Assembly (NCBI GenBank): GCA_001767435.1
Contig: MEKT01000036.1
Location: forward strand, 11,391 to 75,390
DNA: 64,000 nucleotides
Direction of reading: 5' to 3'
Source: Acidobacteria bacterium RIFCSPLOWO2_02_FULL_65_29
GTDB taxonomy: Bacteria; Acidobacteriota; Vicinamibacteria; Vicinamibacterales; CAVVIG01
The position numbers were made by a program, and so were the translations under genes. Below the pieces are notes generated by a model that worked only from the letters and a program-made list of their open reading frames with translations, did not search any database and was not told the DNA's origin. Positions 8,008-16,458 of this stretch are shown here, piece by piece (the first letter of the stretch is position 1; every line of letters begins with the position of its first letter).

Positions 8008-9078
8008 ATGGGCTCTGCCCACCGGCGATCGTTCCTGATGGCCTGCGGGCTTTCGCTCGTGGCCGTCGGCGCGCGCGGACTCGCGCGAGAGCCGCCAGCC
8101 TCGGGCGCCTTCGCGGGCGACGTCGCGCGATTGTCGGAGCCGTCGGGCGCCTTCGACGCCGACAACCTGATCTCGAACGAGCGGTCCTATCTCGAGGTCG
8201 CACCCGCGCTCGCAGGCCGACCGATCGAGGGCGGCGCGTACATCGGCGTCGGACCGGATCAGAATTTCAGCTACATCGCGCGCGTTCGGCCAAGGGCGGC
8301 CTACATCATCGACATCCGGCGCGACAACCTGCTGCTGCACTTGCTGTTCAAGGCGCTGTTCGCCGAGGCCAGGACGCGTGCGGAGTACTTGTGCTTGCTG
8401 ACGGGCCGTCCTGTTCCCTACGGTACCGAGCGATGGCGCGCGGCGGGCGTCGACCAACTCGTCGCCCACGTCGATCAGTCGACGCCGTGGCCCGACGGCC
8501 CCGACGCGGTCGACGCGCTGCGGCGTAGGCTCGACCATACGATCGCCGGATTCGGCGTGCCACTGTCCCGCGCGGATCTCGACACCATCGCACGTATGCA
8601 TCACACGTTCATCGCCGAGGGTCTGGACCTCGTGTTCAGCAGCCGCGGCCCCGCCGAGCGGCGGTACTTTCCTGCCTCTGGTTACCCGACGCTCAGAGAA
8701 CTGCTGACGACGCGTGCCGTCGATGGGCGGCAGTGGAGCTACCTGGCGTCGGAGGACGATTTCCAGTTCGTGAAGGCGCTCCAGGCACGCGACGCCGTCA
8801 TCCCGGTCGTGGGCGACGTGAGCGGGACGCACGCGCTCGTGGCGATTGGCGCGGCGATTGCCGCGCGCGGCGAACGGGTGTCGGCCTTCTATATCTCGAA
8901 CGTCGAGGCCTATTTGGAGTCCGATTCGGCGGTCAGCCGCTTTATCGACAACCTTTCCCGGTTGCCGCGCGACGAGGCGAGTGTCATGATTCGGTCGGTG
9001 TTCAACGGCGGGTCGAGCACGTCGCTCGTTGAGGCGATCGATCAGACGCTCGCGAAGGCTTCTCGGAGGGGCCGATGA
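8008..9078 (+). CDS. Tat-signal secreted hypothetical protein
   Basis: The N-terminus MGSAHRRSFLMACGLSLVAVGARGLA carries a twin-arginine motif (RRSFL). GVGPDQNFSYIA and IIDIRRDN resemble a Rossmann-type loop. The stop overlaps the next start (ATGA at 9075-9078). Confidence 0.6.
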   Translation: MGSAHRRSFLMACGLSLVAVGARGLAREPPASGAFAGDVARLSEPSGAFDADNLISNERSYLEVAPALAGRPIEGGAYIGVGPDQNFSYIARVRPRAAYIIDIRRDNLLLHLLFKALFAEARTRAEYLCLLTGRPVPYGTERWRAAGVDQLVAHVDQSTPWPDGPDAVDALRRRLDHTIAGFGVPLSRADLDTIARMHHTFIAEGLDLVFSSRGPAERRYFPASGYPTLRELLTTRAVDGRQWSYLASEDDFQFVKALQARDAVIPVVGDVSGTHALVAIGAAIAARGERVSAFYISNVEAYLESDSAVSRFIDNLSRLPRDEASVMIRSVFNGGSSTSLVEAIDQTLAKASRRGR

Positions 9079-9944
9079 CTCTGGCTCGTGCCGCGCGTCT
9101 CACTTCTGGCCGGCGCCTGACGGCGACGCTGCTGGTCGCCCTCATTGCGGCCGGCGCCTCGCTTGCGTACGCCCAGCAGATCTGGGTTGGCGGCGGCTTC
9201 GGGCGCGGAGGCCGCATGGCGCCCAAGTGGGCCAAGCCCGCGGACTTCAACGGGACTTTTTTGTACTGCCGGGGGTACTACGAGCAAGCGCGGTACGAGG
9301 ACGGCGGCATGGGCTGGTGGACCGACTACCCCAACGCCGATCACAATTTCTCCGTCCGGCTCGCCGAGCTCACCCGCGTCTACGTCAAGGACTGGAACAC
9401 GCAGCCGAATTTCGTCGTGGTGTCGCTCGAGGATCCGCTGCTCTATCGTTGCCCGATGCTCTTCATGGAGGACGTGGGCACGGCGGAATTCGGCGAGCTC
9501 GAGGTGAAGAACCTCCGGGAGTTCTTCCTGAAGGGCGGCTTTCTCTGGGTCGACGACTTCTGGGGTTCGCTCGCGTGGAACCAATGGGCGCGCCAGATGT
9601 CGCGCGTGTTGCCGCCGAACGAATACCCGATCTTCGACATCCCGCTCACGCATCCGATCATGCACACGCTGTACGACGTGAAGGATTTCCCGCAGATCCC
9701 GTCGATCAACTTCTGGGGCAACCGCAGCTACCATCAGACCTCCGAGCGCGGGCGCGACAGCGCCGAAGTGCACTTCCGCGGCATTCAGGACGCGCAGGGA
9801 CGATTGATGACGCTGATGACGCACAACACCGACATCGCCGACGCGTGGGAGCGCGAAGGCGAGAGCCAGCAGTATTTCGACCTGTTCTCTCCCAGAGGCT
9901 ACGCCATCGGCGTCAACGTCGTCCTCTACGCGATGACCCACTAG
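9075..9944 (+). CDS. secreted DUF4159-like protein, paralog 1
   Basis: The signal peptide ends in AYAQQIWVGGG. Core motifs TDYPNADHNFSVRLAELT, LYRCPMLFMED, FLKGGFLWVDDFWG and THPIM match my recollection of the DUF4159 pattern (not checked against Pfam). Confidence 0.55.
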   Translation: MTLARAARLTSGRRLTATLLVALIAAGASLAYAQQIWVGGGFGRGGRMAPKWAKPADFNGTFLYCRGYYEQARYEDGGMGWWTDYPNADHNFSVRLAELTRVYVKDWNTQPNFVVVSLEDPLLYRCPMLFMEDVGTAEFGELEVKNLREFFLKGGFLWVDDFWGSLAWNQWARQMSRVLPPNEYPIFDIPLTHPIMHTLYDVKDFPQIPSINFWGNRSYHQTSERGRDSAEVHFRGIQDAQGRLMTLMTHNTDIADAWEREGESQQYFDLFSPRGYAIGVNVVLYAMTH

Positions 9945-9946
9945 CC

Positions 9947-10786
9947 ATGCCACGCGGGCCCCTCGTTCGCTCTGTCGCCGCGCTGGCGGCGCTCGCCGCC
10001 GCCGCGACGGTCTACGCCCAGCAGATCTGGGTCGGCGGCGGACGCAACTCGCGCATGTCGCCCCGCTTTGCGAAGGTCGAGGACTTCGACGGCGGTTTCC
10101 TCTACTGCCGCGGGTACTACGAGAGCCGGTGGCGCGAACAATCCGGCAGCGGCTGGCGCACCGACTACCCCGGCGCCGACAACAACTTCTCGGTCCGCCT
10201 GGCGGAGCTCACGCGCGTCCCCGTGAAATTCGATCCCAATCGTCAGCCTCACCACGTCGTCGTGCCGCTGACCGATCAGACGCTCTACCGCTGCCCCATC
10301 TTGTTCATGGAGGATATCGGCACGGCCGACTTCTCGGCCGAGGAGGTCCAGCGGCTCCGCGAGTACTTCCTCAAGGGCGGCTTCCTGTGGGTGGACGACT
10401 CGTGGGGATCGTACGCGTGGGCGAACTGGGTGGGCCAGATCGGCCGGATCCTGCCCCCGGGCGAGTTTCCAATCATCGACATCCCGGTCACGCACCCGAT
10501 CATGCGCACGCTCTATCACGTGACGGAGATTCCGCAGGTGCCGGCGATCAGCTTCTGGCGCGGCAGCCGTGGAGCGACCTCGGAGCGCGGGCCCGACAGC
10601 GCGGAGGTGTACTTCAAGGGCATTCAGGATGCGCGGCAGCGGCTGATGGTGCTGATGACCCACAACACCGACATCGCCGACACGTGGGAGCGCGAGGGCG
10701 AGTTTCCGCGCGAGTACTTCGACCTGTTCTCGCCCCGTGGGTACGCGATCGGCGTCAACGTCGTGTTGTACGCGATGACCCATTGA
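9947..10786 (+). CDS. secreted DUF4159-like protein, paralog 2
   Basis: ATG lies 2 nt after the paralog 1 stop. Same architecture (VYAQQIWVGGG, TDYPGADNNFSVRLAELT, FLKGGFLWVDDSWG). The track fuses it into a 585-aa ORF. Confidence 0.55.
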   Translation: MPRGPLVRSVAALAALAAAATVYAQQIWVGGGRNSRMSPRFAKVEDFDGGFLYCRGYYESRWREQSGSGWRTDYPGADNNFSVRLAELTRVPVKFDPNRQPHHVVVPLTDQTLYRCPILFMEDIGTADFSAEEVQRLREYFLKGGFLWVDDSWGSYAWANWVGQIGRILPPGEFPIIDIPVTHPIMRTLYHVTEIPQVPAISFWRGSRGATSERGPDSAEVYFKGIQDARQRLMVLMTHNTDIADTWEREGEFPREYFDLFSPRGYAIGVNVVLYAMTH

Positions 10787-10791
10787 GTCGC

Positions 10792-11646
10792 ATGGGACAC
10801 GCGAGGTTTGCCCGACGGGTTGCCACAGTAGCCGTCCTCACTGGAGCGGTGATGGCCGCGTCTCTCGTGTACGCGCAGCAAATCTGGGTCGGTGGCAATC
10901 GCGGCGGCCGCTTTGGCGGCATGGCGCCCCGCTGGCCGGCGGCCGAGGATTTCGACGGCCGCTTCTTGTATTGCCGCGGCTACTACGAAGGACCGGGGCG
11001 CCGGCGCGGCGGCTGGAGCACCGACTACCCCGGCGCCGACAACAATTTCTCCATCCGCCTCGCCGAGCTCACCCGTGTCCCGGTCAAGTTCGACCCGGAT
11101 CGCCAGCCTCACCACGTCGTCGTGGCGCTCACCGACCCACTGCTCTATCGCTGTCCGATCGTGTTCATGACCAACGTCGGCACGGCGATGTTCTCAGCCG
11201 AGGAAGTGCTGCGGTTGCGGGAATTCTTCCTCAAGGGCGGGTTTCTCTGGGTGGACGACTCCTGGGGATCGTACGACTGGGCGAGCTGGGTCGGTCAGAT
11301 CAGCCGGATTCTGCCACCGGGTGAGTTTCCGATCTTCGACATTCCGGTGACGCATCCCATCATGCGGACGCTGTACGACGTGAAGGAGATCCCGCAGGTG
11401 CCCAACATCGGATTCTGGAGCGGCACGGGCGGCCAGACGTCGGAACGCGGGCACGACAGCGCCCAGGTGTACTTCAAGGGCATCGAGGACTCCCGCAAGC
11501 GGCTGATGGTGTTGATGACGCACAACACCGACATTTCCGACACGTGGGAGCGCGAGGGCGAGTTTCCGCGCGAGTACTTCGACCTGTTCTCGCCGCGCGG
11601 GTACGCCATCGGCGTCAACGTGGTCCTCTACGCACTGACGCATTGA
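10792..11646 (+). CDS. secreted DUF4159-like protein, paralog 3
   Basis: ATG lies 5 nt after the paralog 2 stop. It shares a 54-bp perfectly identical stretch with paralog 2 (10681-10734 = 11541-11594). Confidence 0.55.
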   Translation: MGHARFARRVATVAVLTGAVMAASLVYAQQIWVGGNRGGRFGGMAPRWPAAEDFDGRFLYCRGYYEGPGRRRGGWSTDYPGADNNFSIRLAELTRVPVKFDPDRQPHHVVVALTDPLLYRCPIVFMTNVGTAMFSAEEVLRLREFFLKGGFLWVDDSWGSYDWASWVGQISRILPPGEFPIFDIPVTHPIMRTLYDVKEIPQVPNIGFWSGTGGQTSERGHDSAQVYFKGIEDSRKRLMVLMTHNTDISDTWEREGEFPREYFDLFSPRGYAIGVNVVLYALTH

Positions 11647-11647
11647 T

Positions 11648-11690
11648 TCAGCTATCAGCTTCTGTCAACTTCCGCTGAGCTGAAAGCTGA
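11648..11690. terminator. hairpin built from AGCTGA words (W5), between convergent genes
   Basis: Left arm tcagctatcagct (11648-11660) pairs with right arm agctgaaagctga (11678-11690) at 12 of 13 positions. It fills the whole gap between stops 11646 and 11691. Confidence 0.5.
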
Positions 11691-12464
11691 TTACGCCTCC
11701 GCAAGCCAGTCGCCGACGAGCCTGTCGTACGCCCACCCTCCCAGCAGGCCACCGAGACAAGGCGCGACAATCGGCACCCACCACCAGGCATTCCCTGCGC
11801 GGAAGACGTCGGCGCCCCACCCGGCAACCGCGGTGAAGATGCGCGGCCCGAAGTCGCGGGCCGGGTTGATCGCATAGCCGGAGTTGAATCCGAAGGTCGC
11901 GCCGATCAGCACCACGAGCAACCCCACCACGACGGGCGTCAATCCGGGCGGCACCGCCGCGTTGCGCACATCGGTGATGCCGAAGATCACGCCCACGAGC
12001 AGCGCCGTGCCAACCACCTGATCGATGAAGCCGCCGGGAAACGTGCTCAGGAACGCCTGCGGATACGTCGCCCAGATGCCGGCGGTCCCCTGCGCCCCCG
12101 CGACCTGGCGCAGGCCGCCATCGAAGGCCGTGAGCGCCTCGCGATAGGTCAGGTACACCACCGCCGACGCCGTGAACGCTCCGGCCACCTGCGCGAGGGT
12201 GTAGGGCCCGACCTTGCTCCAGGGAAACTTCCGATGCACGGCCAGCGCGAGCGTCACGGCCGGATTCAGGTGGGCGCCCGTCACGCCCGCCGAGACGTAA
12301 CAGCCCATCGTCACCGCCAGGCCCCAGGCGATGTTGATGGACAGCGGAGAGCCGGCCGTGCCCTTGCTGAGCACGGTTTGTGCCACGACGCCCACGCCAA
12401 AAACGATCAGAACGAACGTGCCCAGAAACTCGGCGAGCATCTCGCGAACGACTGCGCGTGTCAT
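11691..12464 (-). CDS. glpF: aquaglyceroporin / glycerol uptake facilitator (MIP family)
   Basis: Two NPA boxes (HLNPAVT and INPARDF) and six TM segments. Adjacent to glpK. Confidence 0.9.
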   Translation of the reverse strand: MTRAVVREMLAEFLGTFVLIVFGVGVVAQTVLSKGTAGSPLSINIAWGLAVTMGCYVSAGVTGAHLNPAVTLALAVHRKFPWSKVGPYTLAQVAGAFTASAVVYLTYREALTAFDGGLRQVAGAQGTAGIWATYPQAFLSTFPGGFIDQVVGTALLVGVIFGITDVRNAAVPPGLTPVVVGLLVVLIGATFGFNSGYAINPARDFGPRIFTAVAGWGADVFRAGNAWWWVPIVAPCLGGLLGGWAYDRLVGDWLAEA

Positions 12465-12515
12465 CGTGGCCTCCGTCGGAAAGGGTGTTCATTGTAGACT
12501 TGTGGACCCGCTTTC

Positions 12516-13997
12516 ATGATCCTGGCCCTCGATCAAGGCACGACCAGCTCGCGCGCCATCGTCTTCGATCGCAACGGGGCGATCCGCGCAGCGGCTCAGA
12601 AAGAGCTCACACAGATCTTCCCGAAGGCCGGCTGGGTCGAGCACGACCCTCAGGAAATCTGGACGTCACAGGTCGAGGTGGCCGCTGAGGCACTCGAGCG
12701 CGCGGGCCTGCGCGCGCACGACGTCGAAGCCATCGGCATCACCAACCAGCGCGAAACAACCGTCGTCTGGGATCGCGCGACCGGCGAGCCGATCCACCAC
12801 GCCATCGTCTGGCAGGACCGCCGCACGGCGGAGTTCTGCGAGCGGCTCAAGGCCGACGGCGCGGGACCGGCGGTGCTGCGCAAGACGGGCCTGGTCATCG
12901 ATGCGTACTTTTCCGCGACCAAGATTCGCTGGATCCTCGACCACGTGCCGGGCGCGCGCGAGCGCGCCGCCGCCGGCCGCCTCGCCTTCGGCACCATCGA
13001 TTCGTGGCTCGTCTGGAAGCTCACCGGCGGTGCGCAACACGTGACCGACACGAGCAATGCGTCGCGGACGATGCTCTTCGACATCCGTGCGCTCGCATGG
13101 GACGACGAGCTGCTGCGGTTGTTCGACGTGCCGCGCTCGATGTTGCCCGAGGTTCGCGCGTCGAGCGAGGTGTACGGCCAGGCCACGACGTCCGGCGTAC
13201 GCGACGTGCCGATTGCCGGCATCGCCGGCGACCAGCAGGCCGCGCTCTTCGGCCAGATGTGTCGACGGCCCGGCATGTCGAAGAACACGTACGGCACGGG
13301 CTGCTTCCTGCTGCAGAACATCGGGGCCGAGCCCACGCTGTCGCGCCAGCGGCTCGTGACGACCGTCGCGTGGACAATCGGCACGCACACCGACTACGCG
13401 CTCGAGGGCAGCGTCTTCATCGGCGGCGCCGTTGTCCAGTGGCTCCGCGACGGCCTGGGGCTCGTACGCACGGCCGCCGACGTGGAACCTCTCGCGCTCA
13501 GCGTGCCCGACAACGGCGGTGTCTACCTCGTGCCGGCGTTCGCTGGTCTGGGCGCCCCGCACTGGGATCCGTTCGCGCGCGGCACGATCGTCGGGCTCAC
13601 CCGCGGAGCCACGGCGGGTCATATCGCGCGCGCCGCGCTCGAGGGCATCGCCTTCCAGGTGGCCGACCTGCTCGACGCGATGCACGCCGACTCGGGCATC
13701 GCGCTCACAGAGCTTCGCGTCGACGGCGGCGCGGCGACCAACAACACACTCATGCAGATTCAAGCCGATCTCGTCGGCGTGCCGGTTGTGCGACCCGCCA
13801 TCACCGAAACGACGGCGCTCGGGGCCGCGTACCTGGCCGGTCTCGCGGTCGGCTACTGGACATCTCCAGACGACATCACCGGACAGTGGCGCGTCGACCG
13901 CCGGTTCGAACCCCGAATGGCCGAGGCCGATCGGCGCGCGCTGCGCGGCCGCTGGTCGGACGCCGTCGAGCGATCGAAACGGTGGGAAGTAAGCTAG
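12516..13997 (+). CDS. glpK: glycerol kinase
   Basis: [19 protein letters not shown]-terminus, the FGGY kinase layout and [13 protein letters not shown] near the C-terminus. 493 aa. Confidence 0.95.
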   Translation: MILALDQGTTSSRAIVFDRNGAIRAAAQKELTQIFPKAGWVEHDPQEIWTSQVEVAAEALERAGLRAHDVEAIGITNQRETTVVWDRATGEPIHHAIVWQDRRTAEFCERLKADGAGPAVLRKTGLVIDAYFSATKIRWILDHVPGARERAAAGRLAFGTIDSWLVWKLTGGAQHVTDTSNASRTMLFDIRALAWDDELLRLFDVPRSMLPEVRASSEVYGQATTSGVRDVPIAGIAGDQQAALFGQMCRRPGMSKNTYGTGCFLLQNIGAEPTLSRQRLVTTVAWTIGTHTDYALEGSVFIGGAVVQWLRDGLGLVRTAADVEPLALSVPDNGGVYLVPAFAGLGAPHWDPFARGTIVGLTRGATAGHIARAALEGIAFQVADLLDAMHADSGIALTELRVDGGAATNNTLMQIQADLVGVPVVRPAITETTALGAAYLAGLAVGYWTSPDDITGQWRVDRRFEPRMAEADRRALRGRWSDAVERSKRWEVS

Positions 13998-14017
13998 ACT
14001 TTCCATTCGATCGTGCG

Positions 14018-14040
14018 CGCCCGGACCTTCAGGCCGGGCG
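14018..14040 (+). terminator. GC hairpin after glpK (weak; no clear U tract)
   Basis: cgcccgg-N9-ccgggcg, starting 21 nt after the glpK stop. Confidence 0.3.
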
Positions 14041-14056
14041 TGTTGAGGAGGCAGGA

Positions 14057-14629
14057 ATGAACGCATCGGCAATCGCGGTTCTCTCGGCGGTCGGTTTGGC
14101 TCTGGCGGCGCCGGCATCGGCCGAACTGAAAGTCGGCGACCCCGCGCCCGACTTCACGCTGCAGGCGACAGACGGCAAGACCTACAAGCTCTCGGACTTC
14201 AAGGGCAAGCAGGCGGTCGTCATCGCGTGGTTCCCGAGGGCGTTCACCCAGGGCTGCACGATCGAGTGCAAGTCGCTGGCGGAGAACGGCGACAAGATCC
14301 GAAGGTTCGACGTGGCCTACTTCATGGCGAGCGTGGACGCGCTGGAGGACAACATCAAGTTCGCGAAAGCGACGTCGGTGACACTCGGCCAGGGCGCCAC
14401 TGCCACGGTGGTCGAGAAGAAGGAGGCCGACTTCCCGCTGCTGAGCGACCCGTCGAAGACCACCGCCACGGCCTACGGCGTGCTCAACGAGCGCGGCTTC
14501 GCGAACCGCTGGACGTTCTATATCGACAAGACCGGGAAGATAGCGGCCATCGAAAACATGGTGAGGCCGGCGACCTCGGCCGAAGACATGATCGCCAAGC
14601 TCGGCGAGCTGCGCGTCGCGACGCGCTAA
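14057..14629 (+). CDS. secreted BCP/PrxQ-type peroxiredoxin (thioredoxin fold)
   Basis: Signal peptide [49 protein letters not shown] carries the T-x-G-C-T-x-E peroxidatic Cys motif. The RBS gaggagg lies upstream of ATG 14057. Confidence 0.75.
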   Translation: MNASAIAVLSAVGLALAAPASAELKVGDPAPDFTLQATDGKTYKLSDFKGKQAVVIAWFPRAFTQGCTIECKSLAENGDKIRRFDVAYFMASVDALEDNIKFAKATSVTLGQGATATVVEKKEADFPLLSDPSKTTATAYGVLNERGFANRWTFYIDKTGKIAAIENMVRPATSAEDMIAKLGELRVATR

Positions 14630-14670
14630 TAGGCAAAGCAAGGCGGGCAGGCCAGCAGGGCGGGTAGGCT

Positions 14671-14689
14671 AGGCGCGCACGGCGCGCCT
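14671..14689 (+). terminator. AGGCGCGC-ACG-GCGCGCCT hairpin after the peroxiredoxin gene
   Basis: 8-bp perfect stem, starting 42 nt after stop 14629. No U tract. Confidence 0.3.
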
Positions 14690-14693
14690 GCGT

Positions 14694-14773
14694 CCCTCGA
14701 CGATGCTCGGGACGCCCTGAGCCAGTCGAAGGGCGCAAGCGACCGAGCCGGGGTGTGGGGCGGAGCCCCACGT
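14694..14773. repeat. GC-rich nested-hairpin REP-like element, long variant, copy 3
   Basis: Sequence ccctcgacgatgctcgggacgccctgagccagtcgaagggcgcaagcgaccgagccggggtgtggggcggagccccacgt. The 49-bp tail is identical to copy 1. Its last base overlaps the stop codon of the minus-strand gene 14773-16074. Confidence 0.85.
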
Positions 14774-16074
14774 TAGTTGGCGGCCGGCCTTCCGAACCGC
14801 GCCAGCGCCACGGCACCGAATCCCACCGTCCAGGCGACGTATTCGACGATGACGCCGACGAGCCCCAGACCGACCGTCATCGGATAGAGCACGCCCCCGC
14901 CAATGCCGATCAGCCGCGCAACCAGCACGGGCGAGACGACCAGCAGGATGCCGGCAATCGTCGCGGCGAACGGCCCGGCGTCGGTCCAGCCGAGACGCGC
15001 GGTCAGCAGCCGTCCCAGGTGGTACCCGACGGCGGTGAAGCCAATCAGGCCGAAGATGCCGAGCCCGAGGATGGCGAAGGGAACGAGCACGAGCAGCGGG
15101 ATGCCGATGATGGTCACGACGAGCAGGAGAATCACGACCACCAGAATCGGGATGAACAGGACCTGGGCGAGGAAGCCGATTGCTCCGGCCTTGAACGGCT
15201 CGGCCGCGGCGCGCGCGCTGACGCGCTCGACGTAGTCGCGCGCGACGAGCATCACGAGCGCCGCGAGCAGGCACAGGACCGAGACGCGGACGATCGACGC
15301 CACGAGCGAATACACGGCAGAGAGCGTCCAACCCCACCAGAGCGCCGCGAGGGAGGGCATCGAGAAGCGCCAGTCGCTCATGTCGATGGCGCCGATGCCG
15401 ATCTCGTGGGTCTCGCCTTCGATGCGCGCGCCCGGATCGCGGCGCAACGTGCCGCCGACCACGGTGACGTCTCCGCGCACGATGGCGGTCGGTCCGAGCT
15501 CCACGACGCCGCCAATCGCCGCCACGTCGCCGCGGACTTCGCCGAACACCCGCGCCGAACCTCCGACAGCCACAACGTCTCCTCGAATGAGCTCATCGGA
15601 TTCAACCCTGACGCTCCCGCCAATCCGGATGCGCTCGCTCGCTTGCCTGTTGCGAGCGCCCTCACGCCTGTCGGGCGGCTCGAGATCCGGCTGCGCGGCC
15701 GGACGCTCGGGCCCCGGCGCCACGCCTCGACCCGCCTCGGTGAACAACGCGCGCTGCGTGGCCACGTCCAGGTACGACAGCTGAAGCACGAGGTCCGCGT
15801 CGGCCCCGAGCGTGTCCCGTAGCTCGGCCCCCGTTGCCGGCGCGCCGTCGACGATGATGGTGCCCCCGCTGACTTCAACCGTGCGGGCGCCGCGGGCTCC
15901 GCGTCCAGGGCCATCCGCTCTGAGGACGAGACCGTCTCGAACGACCACGACTTCGAAGCGGCGCTCGACCTGGCGCCGTAGCTCCTCGGGCGCGGCACGT
16001 CCACCCTGTGCGAACGCGGCGCTGCAGAGCGCCCACGAGAGGCCCAGCGCAACACAGATGGTTTTCGCTTTCAT
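14773..16074 (-). CDS. membrane protein with a periplasmic bactofilin-like (polymer-forming, beta-helical) repeat region and a C-terminal multi-TM domain
   Basis: Signal peptide MKAKTICVALGLSWALCSAAFAQ from ATG 16074. GDVVAVGGSARVFGEVRGDVAAIGGVVELGPTAIVRGDVTVVGG repeats are followed by about 6 TM segments. Confidence 0.55.
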   Translation of the reverse strand: MKAKTICVALGLSWALCSAAFAQGGRAAPEELRRQVERRFEVVVVRDGLVLRADGPGRGARGARTVEVSGGTIIVDGAPATGAELRDTLGADADLVLQLSYLDVATQRALFTEAGRGVAPGPERPAAQPDLEPPDRREGARNRQASERIRIGGSVRVESDELIRGDVVAVGGSARVFGEVRGDVAAIGGVVELGPTAIVRGDVTVVGGTLRRDPGARIEGETHEIGIGAIDMSDWRFSMPSLAALWWGWTLSAVYSLVASIVRVSVLCLLAALVMLVARDYVERVSARAAAEPFKAGAIGFLAQVLFIPILVVVILLLVVTIIGIPLLVLVPFAILGLGIFGLIGFTAVGYHLGRLLTARLGWTDAGPFAATIAGILLVVSPVLVARLIGIGGGVLYPMTVGLGLVGVIVEYVAWTVGFGAVALARFGRPAAN

Positions 16075-16394
16075 CGCGAGGACTCCTCTTCGGAACCGAG
16101 CAACCGTTGCAGACCAAACAGCGCGAGCGCGCCGGCCAGCACCAGGCCGCCGACGATGGCGAATACCTGGGGAGAAATGAGCGCCGGACCCACCGCCCGC
16201 CCGACGGCCTTGAGAATCGTCCACGCGTCGGCGCCCGCGCTGATCGAGGCCGCAAACCACACGCACCCGTCGACGACGAGCCGAACGACACGGACCAATG
16301 CCCGGACGCCGAGGGGCAGCAGGATCCAGGCTGCCATCACGACCAGGGCGACCGACACGATCGCAAAACCCGCAAGACGAGCCAATCGGCCCAT
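16071..16394 (-). CDS. small hypothetical membrane protein, translationally coupled to the downstream gene
   Basis: 107 aa with 3 hydrophobic segments. Its stop TGA overlaps the ATG of the next gene (ATGA at 16071-16074). Confidence 0.45.
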   Translation of the reverse strand: MGRLARLAGFAIVSVALVVMAAWILLPLGVRALVRVVRLVVDGCVWFAASISAGADAWTILKAVGRAVGPALISPQVFAIVGGLVLAGALALFGLQRLLGSEEESSR

Positions 16395-16458
16395 CTATCT
16401 ACTTTTACGTGAGTTGCGGCGTCGGGGTTGCATCGAGCATCGGGGCCAGCTCCACAGT

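Noticed and set aside
9029-10786. 585-aa track ORF apparently fusing upstream sequence to DUF4159-like paralog 2
   Set aside because: Its first ~300 aa are an out-of-frame read of paralog 1. A signal peptide and an ATG at 9947, directly after the paralog 1 stop, give a product collinear with the other paralogs.
16156-16458. Upstream extension of the MFS transporter ORF, and similar extensions at 5195, 6745, 26607, 37906, 43151 and 48006
   Set aside because: The extensions overlap divergent genes or repeat elements and lack hydrophobic or conserved sequence. Internal ATG or GTG codons with RBS-like purine runs give N-termini matching the expected families.
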